Origin: Ginglymostoma cirratum
Taxonomy: Eukaryota
Assembly (NCBI GenBank): GCA_024137785.1
Contig: JAHRHZ010000289.1
Span: 35,942,767-36,006,766 of the forward strand
DNA length: 64,000 nt
Direction: 5' to 3'
The notes beneath the pieces were generated by a model. That model was given only the letters and a program-made list of their open reading frames with translations, was not told the DNA's origin and did no database searches. Positions 63,641 to 64,000 of this stretch are shown piece after piece. The stretch's first letter is position 1; each line of letters starts with the position of its first letter. The translations under genes and the position numbers were made by a program.

Positions 63641-64000
63641 TCAGTATATTTATCAGTGGAATAACAATCTCCACTCTCATGCCTAACTCTAACAGTTTTA
63701 AAGGGTTTGCTAAATGTCCTTAATTTGTTGCTAAATCCTGTGCTCTAGATTCTGGCCACTTATACATATCACAGTGCGTAACACTTAGGTGTTTCCTCGA
63801 GTGAAAAGTCAGATGAAGCAGCTACGTGCTAAGTGGCGAGCATTCAGTTTAATTAGCTTTGGACAAAAGGGATTGTTACTAGCTGAATAGCTTTCATATT
63901 CAAAAACACTGATAATAGTTATAATGGAGAAAGACCAGTGCTTAAAGAAAACCAGAGTTATAAAAACACAGATTGGATGCTACAAATTTGAATTCCAGTG

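Overview
Repeat-dense vertebrate genomic DNA, most likely from a shark: it carries HE1/V-SINEs, DeuSINE/SacSINE1-like SINEs, CR1, L2 and RTE LINE remnants, and many Penelope-like element (PLE) termini. I can support no intact protein-coding gene. The listed ORFs are TE-derived, gap-derived or chance, so the window looks intergenic or intronic. There is a 400-N assembly gap at 24356-24755. Main signals: (1) several PLE-derived repeat families carry minimal hammerhead-ribozyme cores with covarying stem II, often as inverted or tandem insertions flanked by 8-17 bp direct repeats; (2) four STAT-type TTC-N3-GAA motifs fall within about 100 bp at 30.9-31.0 kb, about 4 kb from a CpG-rich promoter-like island at ~34.8-35.8 kb; (3) two decayed Harbinger-type Myb/SANT gene remnants; (4) a 234-bp solo LTR; (5) a frame-preserving 21/27-bp minisatellite; (6) a p53/p63-type element. 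Family names come from remembered consensus motifs, not database searches, and repeat boundaries are approximate.
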